Shown one piece after another: positions 56,374-64,000 of a stretch of DNA of 64,000 nucleotides (position 1 is its first letter; the number at the start of each line of letters is the position of its first letter). Under the pieces are notes generated by a model. It did not search any database. It was not told where the DNA came from and was given only the letters and a program-made list of their open reading frames with translations. Origin of the DNA: an uncultured Verrucomicrobiota bacterium (GTDB lineage Bacteria; Verrucomicrobiota; Kiritimatiellia; SS1-B-03-39; UBA6053). Made by a program: the position numbers and the translations under genes. The stretch lies in assembly GCA_964385155.1 (NCBI GenBank), contig CAYLNG010000003.1, forward strand, positions 74,784-138,783, written 5' to 3'.

Positions 56374-57624
56374 ATGCTGGTCCATCCCTTCCCCGCCCTT
56401 CGCCCCCCCACCGAACTCGCCGCGCGTCTCGCGGCCCCCCCCTATGACGTGATCGACTCCGACGAGGCCCGAGTCATGGCCAAGGGAAACGAAGTCTCCT
56501 TCCTCCACATCAACAAGCCTGAGATCGACCTCCCGGTGGATATCGACCTCTATGATGACCGCGTCTATGCCCGTGGAGCTGAAAACTTCCGGAAGTTCCA
56601 GGAACAGGGCTGGCTCCTCCGCGATGCCACCCCTGGCCTCTACCTCTATCGCCAGTCCTACGGTGGGCACAGTCAGACGGGTGTCGTCGGCGTCTGTCAC
56701 ACCGCCGAATATGACCAGGACCTTATCAAGAAACATGAGCGAACCCTCCAGCGCAAGGAGGATGACCGTACCCGCCACGTCGCCACATTGCGCGCCAATG
56801 CCGGCCCCGTCTTCCTCATGGTCAGGGCCCCTCAGCCCCTGAAGGACCTTCTCGCCCGCATCCAGCGGGACCCCCCGGAGGTCGATTTCACCAGCCCCGA
56901 CGGTGTCCGCCACTCCACCTGGCCCGTACCCGATCCTGCCGCCCTCTCCCGTCTTTTCGCCTCCATCCCCTGCGCCTACATCGCCGATGGCCACCATCGC
57001 GCCGCCAGTGCCGCCCGCTGCTCCCGCGAATTCGCCGCCGCCAACCCCACCAACACAGGCCGCGAGAACTACAACTGGTTCCTTTCTGTCCTTTTCCCCG
57101 CCGATCACCTCCAGGTCCTCCCCTATAACCGTCTCGTCTCCGGCCTCAATGGGCACAGCCCCGACAGCCTCCTCCAGCACATCGTCGACGCTGGTTTCCG
57201 CCTCTCTTCCGCCAACGGGGGAACGCCCACCGCCCGCGGGGACATCCGCATGTTCCTCGATGGCCGCTGGTACGCCTTGGAGCGTCCCCCTGAACCCGCC
57301 GCGGATCCCGTTTCCGCCCTCGATGTGTCTCTCCTCCAGAAACACCTCCTGGCACCCCTGCTGGGGATCGACGATCCGCGCACCAACGACCGTATCCGTT
57401 TCAAGGGCGGCTTCAATTGTGTCGAGGCTCTCGAGGCCTCCGTCCGCTCCGGCCGCGCCGATGTCGCCTTTTCCCTCTTCCCCACCAGCACCGAAGAAAT
57501 CATGGCCGTGGCCGACGCGGGCATGATCATGCCCCCCAAAAGCACCTGGTTCGAGCCCAAGCTCCGCTCCGGCCTTTTCGTCCACACCCTTGACGCCTCC
57601 ACCAGCGTCGCCGACGCGGTCTGA
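56374..57624 (+). CDS. DUF1015 family protein
   Basis: MLVHPFPALRPP...APPYDVI...HERT...ADGHHR resembles conserved DUF1015 blocks. 416 aa. Confidence 0.65.
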   Translation: MLVHPFPALRPPTELAARLAAPPYDVIDSDEARVMAKGNEVSFLHINKPEIDLPVDIDLYDDRVYARGAENFRKFQEQGWLLRDATPGLYLYRQSYGGHSQTGVVGVCHTAEYDQDLIKKHERTLQRKEDDRTRHVATLRANAGPVFLMVRAPQPLKDLLARIQRDPPEVDFTSPDGVRHSTWPVPDPAALSRLFASIPCAYIADGHHRAASAARCSREFAAANPTNTGRENYNWFLSVLFPADHLQVLPYNRLVSGLNGHSPDSLLQHIVDAGFRLSSANGGTPTARGDIRMFLDGRWYALERPPEPAADPVSALDVSLLQKHLLAPLLGIDDPRTNDRIRFKGGFNCVEALEASVRSGRADVAFSLFPTSTEEIMAVADAGMIMPPKSTWFEPKLRSGLFVHTLDASTSVADAV

Positions 57625-57706
57625 TCCTCTTTTTCGCTTGCAGGAATCCCTCCCCTCCTCTAGCGCATACTCTTTCCTCAACCCTCGCAACGGGAACCTT
57701 TCCTTC

Positions 57707-58846
57707 ATGAACATACACGAGTACCAAGCCAAAACCCTCTTCCGGGAGGCAGGAATCCCTGTCCCGGAGGGCCGCCTCGCCCTCAGCGTCGATGAAGCCC
57801 TCGACGCCTATGCCTCTCTTGGGGGCGGCGTCGTCGCCGTCAAGGCCCAAGTACACACCGGAGGCCGCGGCAAGGCCGGCGGGGTCAAGCTTGCGCGGAA
57901 TGCCGAGGAAGTCCGCGCCCACGCCTCCTCCATCCTTGGCCTCGACATCAAGGGGCATGTCGTTCGCCGCCTCTGGATCGAAAAAGGCAGCCGCATCCAA
58001 CGCGAGGCCTACCTCAGCGTCATCCTCGACCGCGCCGACAAGTCGATCGGCTTCATCGCCTCCGCCGCCGGGGGCATGGACATCGAAGAAGTTGCGGCCA
58101 CCACGCCCGAGGAAATCCTTCGCTTCGGTTCGACCGATGGATCGTTTCCGGAGGCCGCCGCACGCGAAGCCGCCGCGCGGCTGTTCGACGGTTCCGGCAC
58201 CGATGCCGTCCTCGATATCATGCGTAAGCTTTTCCAGCTCTTCATCGAAAAGGATCTCCAGCTCGCCGAAATCAATCCCTTGATCCTCGGCGAGGACGGA
58301 TCCGTCACCGCCCTCGACGGCAAGATCACGATCGACGACAATGCGCTCATGCGTCAGGAGGCCCTGGAAGAGCTCCGGGACTTGGCCGAGGAGAACCCCG
58401 CCGAAATCGAGGCGCGGGCCAAGGGGCTGGCCTTCATCCAGCTCGATGGCGACATCGGGTGCATGGTCAACGGCGCGGGTCTTGCCATGGCGACCTTGGA
58501 CATGATCAAGCTCCACGGAGGCGACCCCGCCAACTTCCTGGATGTTGGAGGCTCTTCCAACCCCGAGAAAGTCGTGCATGCCTTCCGTCTCATCCTCGCC
58601 GGAGGAAAGGTCAAGTCCGTCCTTATCAACATCTTCGGAGGTATCACCCGCTGCGATGACATCGCCCGCGGTATCCTCAAGGCCTTCGAGACCATGGACA
58701 TCACGGTCCCAGTTGTCGTCCGCCTCACCGGCACGAACGCCGCGGAAGGCAAGGCCCTTCTCGAAGGTTCCCGCCTCATTCCCGCGACTTCCTTCTCCGA
58801 GGCCGTCCGTAAAACCATCGAACTCGGCAAAGGAGCCGCCGCATGA
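57707..58846 (+). CDS. sucC: Succinyl-CoA ligase (ADP-forming) beta subunit
   Basis: [20 protein letters not shown]...[17 protein letters not shown]...[19 protein letters not shown] overlap with sucD. Confidence 0.95.
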   Translation: MNIHEYQAKTLFREAGIPVPEGRLALSVDEALDAYASLGGGVVAVKAQVHTGGRGKAGGVKLARNAEEVRAHASSILGLDIKGHVVRRLWIEKGSRIQREAYLSVILDRADKSIGFIASAAGGMDIEEVAATTPEEILRFGSTDGSFPEAAAREAAARLFDGSGTDAVLDIMRKLFQLFIEKDLQLAEINPLILGEDGSVTALDGKITIDDNALMRQEALEELRDLAEENPAEIEARAKGLAFIQLDGDIGCMVNGAGLAMATLDMIKLHGGDPANFLDVGGSSNPEKVVHAFRLILAGGKVKSVLINIFGGITRCDDIARGILKAFETMDITVPVVVRLTGTNAAEGKALLEGSRLIPATSFSEAVRKTIELGKGAAA

Positions 58847-59718
58847 GCATCCTCATCGACTCGTCTACCAAGGTCATCGTCCAGGGCATCACAGGCCGAG
58901 ACGGATCCTTCCATGCCCGCCAAATGCGCGATTACGGCACAAAAATCGTGGCGGGTGTCACCCCCGGAAAGGGCGGACAGGAATTCGATGGAATTCCGGT
59001 GTTCAACAGTGTGCGCGAGGCGGTCGACGCCACAGGTGCCAACGCGACCGTGATCTATGTCCCGGCCAAATTTGCCAAGGGGGCGATGCAGGAGGCGATC
59101 GATGCCAGCCTCCCGTTGATCATCTGTATCACCGAAGGGGTGCCCGTGAATGACATGGTCAGCCTGTACCATCAGGTAAGGGCCAAGGGCCTGACCCTGA
59201 TCGGACCCAACTGCCCTGGACTCATCAGCCCTGGAAAATCGAAGATCGGGATCATGCCCGGGAGCATTTGCATCCCAGGGAAAGTGGGAGTCATCAGCCG
59301 CTCGGGTACCCTCACCTACGAGATCGTCCACGCCCTCAGCCAGCTTGGAATAGGCCAGTCCACCTGCGTCGGGATCGGGGGCGACCCCATCGTGGGCTCG
59401 AACTTCAGGGACATTCTCGCCCATTTCGAACAGGATCCCGAAACCGAGGCCGTTGTGATCATCGGGGAAATCGGAGGCGACGAAGAGGAGAAAACCGCCG
59501 CGTACATCCGCGGGAACATCTCGAAGCCCTGCTTCGCCTACATCGTGGGAGCCAGCGCTCCCGAGGGCCGCCGCATGGGCCATGCCGGAGCGATTGTGTC
59601 TGGAAACGCCGGCACGGCCGCCTCCAAGCAGGAAGCCTTCGCCAATGCGGGGGTGCCCGTCGCCAAAACCCTCGATGAAATGGCCTCCCTTGTCGCGAAA
59701 AAACTGGGGCTGGCCTAA
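58843..59718 (+). CDS. sucD: Succinyl-CoA ligase alpha subunit
   Basis: [23 protein letters not shown] and MGHAGAIV (phosphohistidine loop). Confidence 0.95.
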   Translation: MSILIDSSTKVIVQGITGRDGSFHARQMRDYGTKIVAGVTPGKGGQEFDGIPVFNSVREAVDATGANATVIYVPAKFAKGAMQEAIDASLPLIICITEGVPVNDMVSLYHQVRAKGLTLIGPNCPGLISPGKSKIGIMPGSICIPGKVGVISRSGTLTYEIVHALSQLGIGQSTCVGIGGDPIVGSNFRDILAHFEQDPETEAVVIIGEIGGDEEEKTAAYIRGNISKPCFAYIVGASAPEGRRMGHAGAIVSGNAGTAASKQEAFANAGVPVAKTLDEMASLVAKKLGLA

Positions 59719-59813
59719 GATTCCGGATTGCGGCACCTGCCTCCTCCCCTCTAAAATAAGACTCGCCAACGCATCGACCAGCCTCTAGCGTTGCAGGAAA
59801 CAAGGAGTATCCC

Positions 59814-60020
59814 ATGGCCGAAGATTCCCTCCAACTTGATTCCACGGAAAAACCCAAGCCCCAAGCCCCCCTCTGGATGCTCATCGTGGCACTCCTTGGC
59901 TTTGCCTGCTTCACCGCAAGCCTGGTCCTCCAGATTTTGGAAAGGAATTACATGCGGGGCAAGGCCACAAGCGAAACAGACACCTTCGCGGCGCAGACGC
60001 TCATTCCCCTTTCTGAATAA
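59814..60020 (+). CDS. Small hypothetical membrane protein (68 aa)
   Basis: ATG preceded by aaggag at a spacing of about 7 nt. One predicted TM (LWMLIVALLGFACFTASLVLQIL). No homology recognised. Confidence 0.4.
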   Translation: MAEDSLQLDSTEKPKPQAPLWMLIVALLGFACFTASLVLQILERNYMRGKATSETDTFAAQTLIPLSE

Positions 60021-60021
60021 A

Positions 60022-60182
60022 CCTAAAAACGGTGAGGGGAGGGATGCAGATGTGGCAACATCTTTGAGCGAAAGGGCTTGTGCGGAACCGAGGCATACCC
60101 GAAGGTATGGTAAGTGTTTCGCACAAGCGCTTGCAGCCAAAGAAATGGCCGCAGATGCGCCCGAACCATTACCGTTTTTAGG
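60022..60182. repeat. Structured 161-nt element, copy 2
   Basis: Perfect 12-bp closing stem cctaaaaacggt / accgtttttagg (60022-60033 with 60171-60182). Perfect 8-bp inner stem cttgtgcg / cgcacaag (60077-60084 with 60120-60127). Apical hairpin catacc-cgaa-ggtatg. Shares sequence blocks with 47429-47589. Confidence 0.75.
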
Positions 60183-60220
60183 ATAAACGCCACCCCATTC
60201 TTCCAAGGAGGAGGGGGGAC

Positions 60221-60775
60221 TCAGAAAACCGCCCAGATCGCCATCAGGACCAACCCACCCGTGGCCAGGAGGGCGATACCTATGCGTCGTCGCCTGCTCA
60301 AGGGAATCCAGAGGATGAGTCCGCTCAACGAGAGGATCAAAAACAATCCGGCGCACAAGTCCGCAATCCACCGGCCGACGCGTGAGTCAAGGGAGTTTCG
60401 GTGCAGATCGAGGATCCTGCCGATGACCCCACTGGACTCTTTTGTGATCTCCATCCGGCGGCTGGCAAGATCGAACTCGGCGTAGACGGATTCCCCGGCG
60501 CGACGGAACTGGACCATGCGGTCCCCCATCTCCAGCACTTGCCCCGCGGCCAGCCTTTCCCCGCGCATCCACTCCACCAGCGAGGACTCCGTAATTCCCA
60601 AAGGGATATCGAGGGACTGACGACTCGTGTTTACCCTGTCGAGTCCGAAAGACTCGGCATGGACGAGCAACCAGCCAGTGACCGTGAAGAAAAACAGGAG
60701 GCAAAAGGAAAGAAGGCTGGCATAGATATGCAGGGATCTTGTCCAGGAGAGAAGGGTGCGGAAGCGGGCGTTCAT
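60221..60775 (-). CDS. PepSY-associated TM helix domain protein
   Basis: RTLLSWTRSLHIYASLLSFCLLFFFTVTGWLL start and a C-terminal TM pair with LHR..LD, similar to PepSY_TM family members. Confidence 0.6.
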   Translation of the reverse strand: MNARFRTLLSWTRSLHIYASLLSFCLLFFFTVTGWLLVHAESFGLDRVNTSRQSLDIPLGITESSLVEWMRGERLAAGQVLEMGDRMVQFRRAGESVYAEFDLASRRMEITKESSGVIGRILDLHRNSLDSRVGRWIADLCAGLFLILSLSGLILWIPLSRRRRIGIALLATGGLVLMAIWAVF

Positions 60776-61257
60776 GGGCGTGTGGTGTGCGGAGGAACAA
60801 GGGTGGCGTGGAAGGAGTGGATGTCACGGTCTTTGGGCCCTTCTTCCCGGAGTCCCGGGGGAGCCGAGGTGTCGATGGTTAAGCCGCTCGTACTGCGTGC
60901 TCCTTCCTCGCGTACGCATTCCGCCCGGAGGCGGTACACCCCGGGCGTCAGCTCCTTCCCCTCTGCGTCAAGACCATCCCAGATGACACGATACTCCCCA
61001 TTCGGGCGTGTCGCCCCGCTCATCCCCTCCACCTTTCCGCCACCTCGTCGCCATTCCCGCAGCGCACTCTGGTATTTCGGTCTTCCCCCCCACATACGAA
61101 GGGTCCGCACATATTCCCCGGTCTCTTTCTCGACCCACACCACCACATACGGACGCGCCCCTTCTCCTGCGATGCACAACACCACCTCCACAGCCGCCAA
61201 CAACCGAACCTCGAACAGCAACAAGAACCACACCACCGATGGTATCCAACACCTCAT
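60772..61257 (-). CDS. DUF2271-like protein
   Basis: 161 aa. VVVWVEKETGEYVRTLRMWG...W and WDGLDAEGKELTPGVYRLRAE resemble DUF2271, which is commonly adjacent to PepSY_TM genes. ATGA-type overlap with the downstream gene. Confidence 0.5.
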   Translation of the reverse strand: MRCWIPSVVWFLLLFEVRLLAAVEVVLCIAGEGARPYVVVWVEKETGEYVRTLRMWGGRPKYQSALREWRRGGGKVEGMSGATRPNGEYRVIWDGLDAEGKELTPGVYRLRAECVREEGARSTSGLTIDTSAPPGLREEGPKDRDIHSFHATLVPPHTTRP

Positions 61258-61332
61258 CCCGATACAAACGAATGACCTCTGGGTCTTATTGCATAAAACT
61301 ACCGAAAAACGGTGCGCAAGTGGGATAGGTGG

Positions 61333-62550
61333 TCAAACCCTCAATTCCCCACGCCGGATTTTGCACAGTCTGCTCATATAGCTTCCCATGACCCGGACAT
61401 AGTCGACATCTCGTCCCATGGCGGTCAACTGCTTGTGCACGATGCGCAAACCCTCCTGCTCCGTTTCTGCCGCCACGACGTTTGCATAGCGTCGCGTGGG
61501 ATCCGGATCGATGAAACGCGCCAATACCTGGACGAACTCGGGGTTTTCTCGGACATAGGGGGGGAGCAGTTCCGGCAAACGGTCCACCAGGTCCATCTTG
61601 AAATGGTAGAGATCCTCCTCCGTCATGCTGGAAGCCTCCACCAACGGCTTTCCCCGTAGGATCTCCAGCCCCACCATGCCCACACCGTAAATGTCAGACT
61701 GCTCTGTGGCCGGCTCCCGTCGGTGGTTTTCAGGCGCCATGTAAAGGGGGCTTCCCAGCAGGATCGACACCTTCTCCTTCGGTTTTACCGCACGGCCATA
61801 GTCGATGATCTTCACGTAGCCGAACTGGTCGATCATGACGTTCGAGGGCTTGATGTCGCTGTGGATGAACCCGGCCTCATGCAAAGCCTCCAACCCTTTG
61901 AGCATCATCCGCATGACGTAGATGGCTACCCCAGGCTGGATGCACAGGCGGCCATCCTCCCATCGGAAAATGCAGTCCCTCATGATCTCCCATTCCAGGG
62001 GCGGCACGGTACGCTCCACCAGATCCATCCGCTTGCCCGTGAGGAGATACCTCAAATCCACCCCATTGATCAATTCCATCTGGAGGTACCCGATCCCGTT
62101 GATCTCGTCGTAGGTCTCCATCGACACCAGGTTCGGGCTTCTCAACTGTTGCATGACGGATATTTGCCCGGCTACACGCCCCATGTCCGTCCAATACAGC
62201 GCCGGGGTCGAGTAGATCCCAGGATCAAACACCTTGATCGCGTGCTTCGTCAGGCATCCCCGGCCCCCCTGCCGGTGCGCCAGGTACACCACCCCCTGCC
62301 TCCCCCGCCCGATCTCCTCCGCAAAACGGTAACATACCGGGAAATAGATAACCTGCTCCCCAAGCAACTGCTCGAAGTTTTCAATGAGGCGCTCCCGGTC
62401 CCGCTGGACCCCATAGGGTAGCACCCGCGTCGCGGCGGTGGGGTTCGACTGGCTGGCCGTCTCCTCGGACGACACACCAGTTATCGTCGCGGCGGCATCA
62501 ACCAGCGTTCGGGTTTGATCGGGATGGTGGAGAGGGCGGGTTCGGTCCAT
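61333..62550 (-). CDS. Serine/threonine protein kinase (Hanks type)
   Basis: GRGRQGVVYLA (G-loop-like), AIKV (VAIK Lys), HSDIKPSNVMI (catalytic loop), DYG (DFG variant) and APE. ATG 62550 preferred; GTG 62559 is possible. Confidence 0.85.
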   Translation of the reverse strand: MDRTRPLHHPDQTRTLVDAAATITGVSSEETASQSNPTAATRVLPYGVQRDRERLIENFEQLLGEQVIYFPVCYRFAEEIGRGRQGVVYLAHRQGGRGCLTKHAIKVFDPGIYSTPALYWTDMGRVAGQISVMQQLRSPNLVSMETYDEINGIGYLQMELINGVDLRYLLTGKRMDLVERTVPPLEWEIMRDCIFRWEDGRLCIQPGVAIYVMRMMLKGLEALHEAGFIHSDIKPSNVMIDQFGYVKIIDYGRAVKPKEKVSILLGSPLYMAPENHRREPATEQSDIYGVGMVGLEILRGKPLVEASSMTEEDLYHFKMDLVDRLPELLPPYVRENPEFVQVLARFIDPDPTRRYANVVAAETEQEGLRIVHKQLTAMGRDVDYVRVMGSYMSRLCKIRRGELRV

Positions 62551-62555
62551 TCGTT

Positions 62556-63290
62556 TCACATCTTAGGGGAAAAATGGAAAAGCGCAATGGCGGCTGCCAC
62601 GGAAGCGTTGAGACTGGTGACATGTCCCTGTTGGGGAATGCGCAGGACCTGGTCGGCCTCGTTGAGGATGAATTGCCCGATACGTTTGTCCTCCCCGCCG
62701 ATCACCAGGAGCAAGGGGCGGCCATCCTGGACAGGGGCCTCGCCGATGGGGGTTTGCCCTTTCATGTCCAGCGCGATGATGCGGTATCCGGCCTCCCGGG
62801 CCCTTAGGACGTAGCGGTTGCTGTTGGCTGCCCGGACGATGCGCAGGTGCTCGGAGGCGCCCGCGCTGGTTTTGACGACGGAAGGATACACTTGGGACCC
62901 TCCCCGCAACGGGAACAAGACCGTGTCAAAACCGAAAATGTCCGCACTTCGGAGGATCGCCCCGGCATTCCGGGGATCCTCGATGTTGTCCAAGAGCAAC
63001 AAACGGGGACGGCGGAACACCTCGTCGTCGAGCTCCGCATACGGATAGGCGGAGGCATGAAGAACGACCCCCTGGTGCTGCCGGGTCTGACAGCGGTTGA
63101 ACAGTTCCTGTTTGCTCACGCGCCTGACGGGAACTCCCCGCCGCTCCGCCTCCCGCCGCACTCCCTGCAGGCGGTCCCCCCCCGCTCCCTCGTCCATCAG
63201 CAGCTCCATCATTCCCCTGCGCCCAGCGCGGAGGACCTCCTCCACGGGATGGAGTCCATACAGATATTCGGATTCAGTTGTGTTTTGCAT
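62556..63290 (-). CDS. rlmB: SpoU/TrmH-family 23S rRNA 2'-O-methyltransferase (RlmB-like)
   Basis: YGLHPVEEVL (substrate-binding N-domain), LLLDNIEDPRNAGAILRSA, LVIGGEDKRI and IPQQGHVTSLNASVAAAIALF are SPOUT motifs. Confidence 0.85.
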   Translation of the reverse strand: MQNTTESEYLYGLHPVEEVLRAGRRGMMELLMDEGAGGDRLQGVRREAERRGVPVRRVSKQELFNRCQTRQHQGVVLHASAYPYAELDDEVFRRPRLLLLDNIEDPRNAGAILRSADIFGFDTVLFPLRGGSQVYPSVVKTSAGASEHLRIVRAANSNRYVLRAREAGYRIIALDMKGQTPIGEAPVQDGRPLLLVIGGEDKRIGQFILNEADQVLRIPQQGHVTSLNASVAAAIALFHFSPKM

Positions 63291-63367
63291 GGGGGAATCG
63301 ATTGACTTTGGGAACCTCCCTTTTAGTCTTCCTCTTCCCCACTTCAATTCTTTTCCAAGGAAAGCGG

Positions 63368-64000
63368 ATGCACTACGACGCAATATGGGTGGTCTCCTTC
63401 GGCGGACCGGAAGGCATGCAGGATGTCATGCCCTTTCTGGACAACGTCCTGCGAGGCAAAGGAGTCCCCGAAGAACGGAAACGCGAAGTCGCGCACCATT
63501 ATGAGCTTTTCGGTGGGGTTAGCCCCATCAACGCCCAGAACCGGGAACTGGTCGGCAAACTCCAGGCCTCCCTGGCCTGCCACGGCGTGACCACGCCCGT
63601 ATACCTGGCCAACCGCAACACGGCCCCCTTCATCCCCGATGTCCTCCGCGACTGCCGCGACAAGGGGGCCCGCCGCATCCTTGCCTATGTCACAAGCGGT
63701 TTCAGCTGCTACTCCGGCTGCCGGCAATACCGGGAAAATCTCATCGCCGCCCAGGAGAACCTCGGCCCGGATGCACCGGAAATCCATAAAATCCGGGTAT
63801 TTTTCAACCACCCGCTCTTCATCGAGACGGTCGCCGACAACGTCGCACGCGCTCTCGAGCTCCTGCCCGCAGCAACCCGGTCCCGCGCAAGGGTCGTGTT
63901 CACCGCCCATAGCATCCCGCAGTCGATGGCTGACACGTCGGACTACACCCGACAGCTCGGCGAAGCCGCGCGCCTCGTGGCCCATCGGCTCTCCCTCCCC
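63368..64000 (+). CDS. hemH: Ferrochelatase (partial, runs off window end)
   Basis: Own translation from ATG 63368: MHYDAIWVVSFGGPEGMQDVMPFLDNVLRGKGVPEERKREVAHHYELFGGVSPINAQNRELV...VVFTAHSIPQSM. Ferrochelatase motifs are present. Open through base 64000 (211 codons), so it is absent from the ORF track. Confidence 0.85.
   Translation, partial: MHYDAIWVVSFGGPEGMQDVMPFLDNVLRGKGVPEERKREVAHHYELFGGVSPINAQNRELVGKLQASLACHGVTTPVYLANRNTAPFIPDVLRDCRDKGARRILAYVTSGFSCYSGCRQYRENLIAAQENLGPDAPEIHKIRVFFNHPLFIETVADNVARALELLPAATRSRARVVFTAHSIPQSMADTSDYTRQLGEAARLVAHRLSLP

Overview
High-GC (spot counts about 65-70% in core genes) chromosomal segment from a diderm bacterium; LpxA/FabZ, an LptF/G permease, MlaEFD, a secretin fragment and an OMP beta-barrel support this. 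The taxon cannot be established from sequence alone. Most of the window is housekeeping: lpxA-fabZ, smc, furA-katG, pilT, gpsA, mlaEFD, glmM, cysK, hisI-trpE-trpG, an ABC-F ATPase, trpB2, pflB, dnaN, sucCD, rlmB and a hemH fragment. The one clearly accessory region is a 16,972-bp island (8126-25097) between the convergent smc and katG genes. It is bracketed by perfect 56-bp direct repeats and contains no recognisable integrase. The island is a single minus-strand operon whose order matches type 3 BREX (brxF-brxC-pglXI-brxHII-pglZ-brxA) but carries three extra, translationally coupled genes. Two of them, an AAA+ ATPase and an S8 subtilase (IetAS-like pair), sit between pglXI and brxHII. The third, a four-helix-bundle (23S rRNA-IVS-type) protein gene, sits between brxHII and pglZ and is bracketed by inverted copies of a CGCAC-rich motif that recurs inside pglZ. 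brxHII contains a G11 tract plus 3 x 10-bp tandem repeats, a candidate contingency locus. The island is compositionally mosaic, with a breakpoint inside pglXI. Outside the island, two 161-nt copies of a structured element (47.4 kb and 60.0 kb) show compensatory stem changes, suggesting an unannotated ncRNA or REP-like family. No rRNA, tRNA, CRISPR array, transposase or integrase was recognised. All functional calls rest on my reading of the translated ORFs (motifs, family resemblance) and of the nucleotide sequence; no database search was run.
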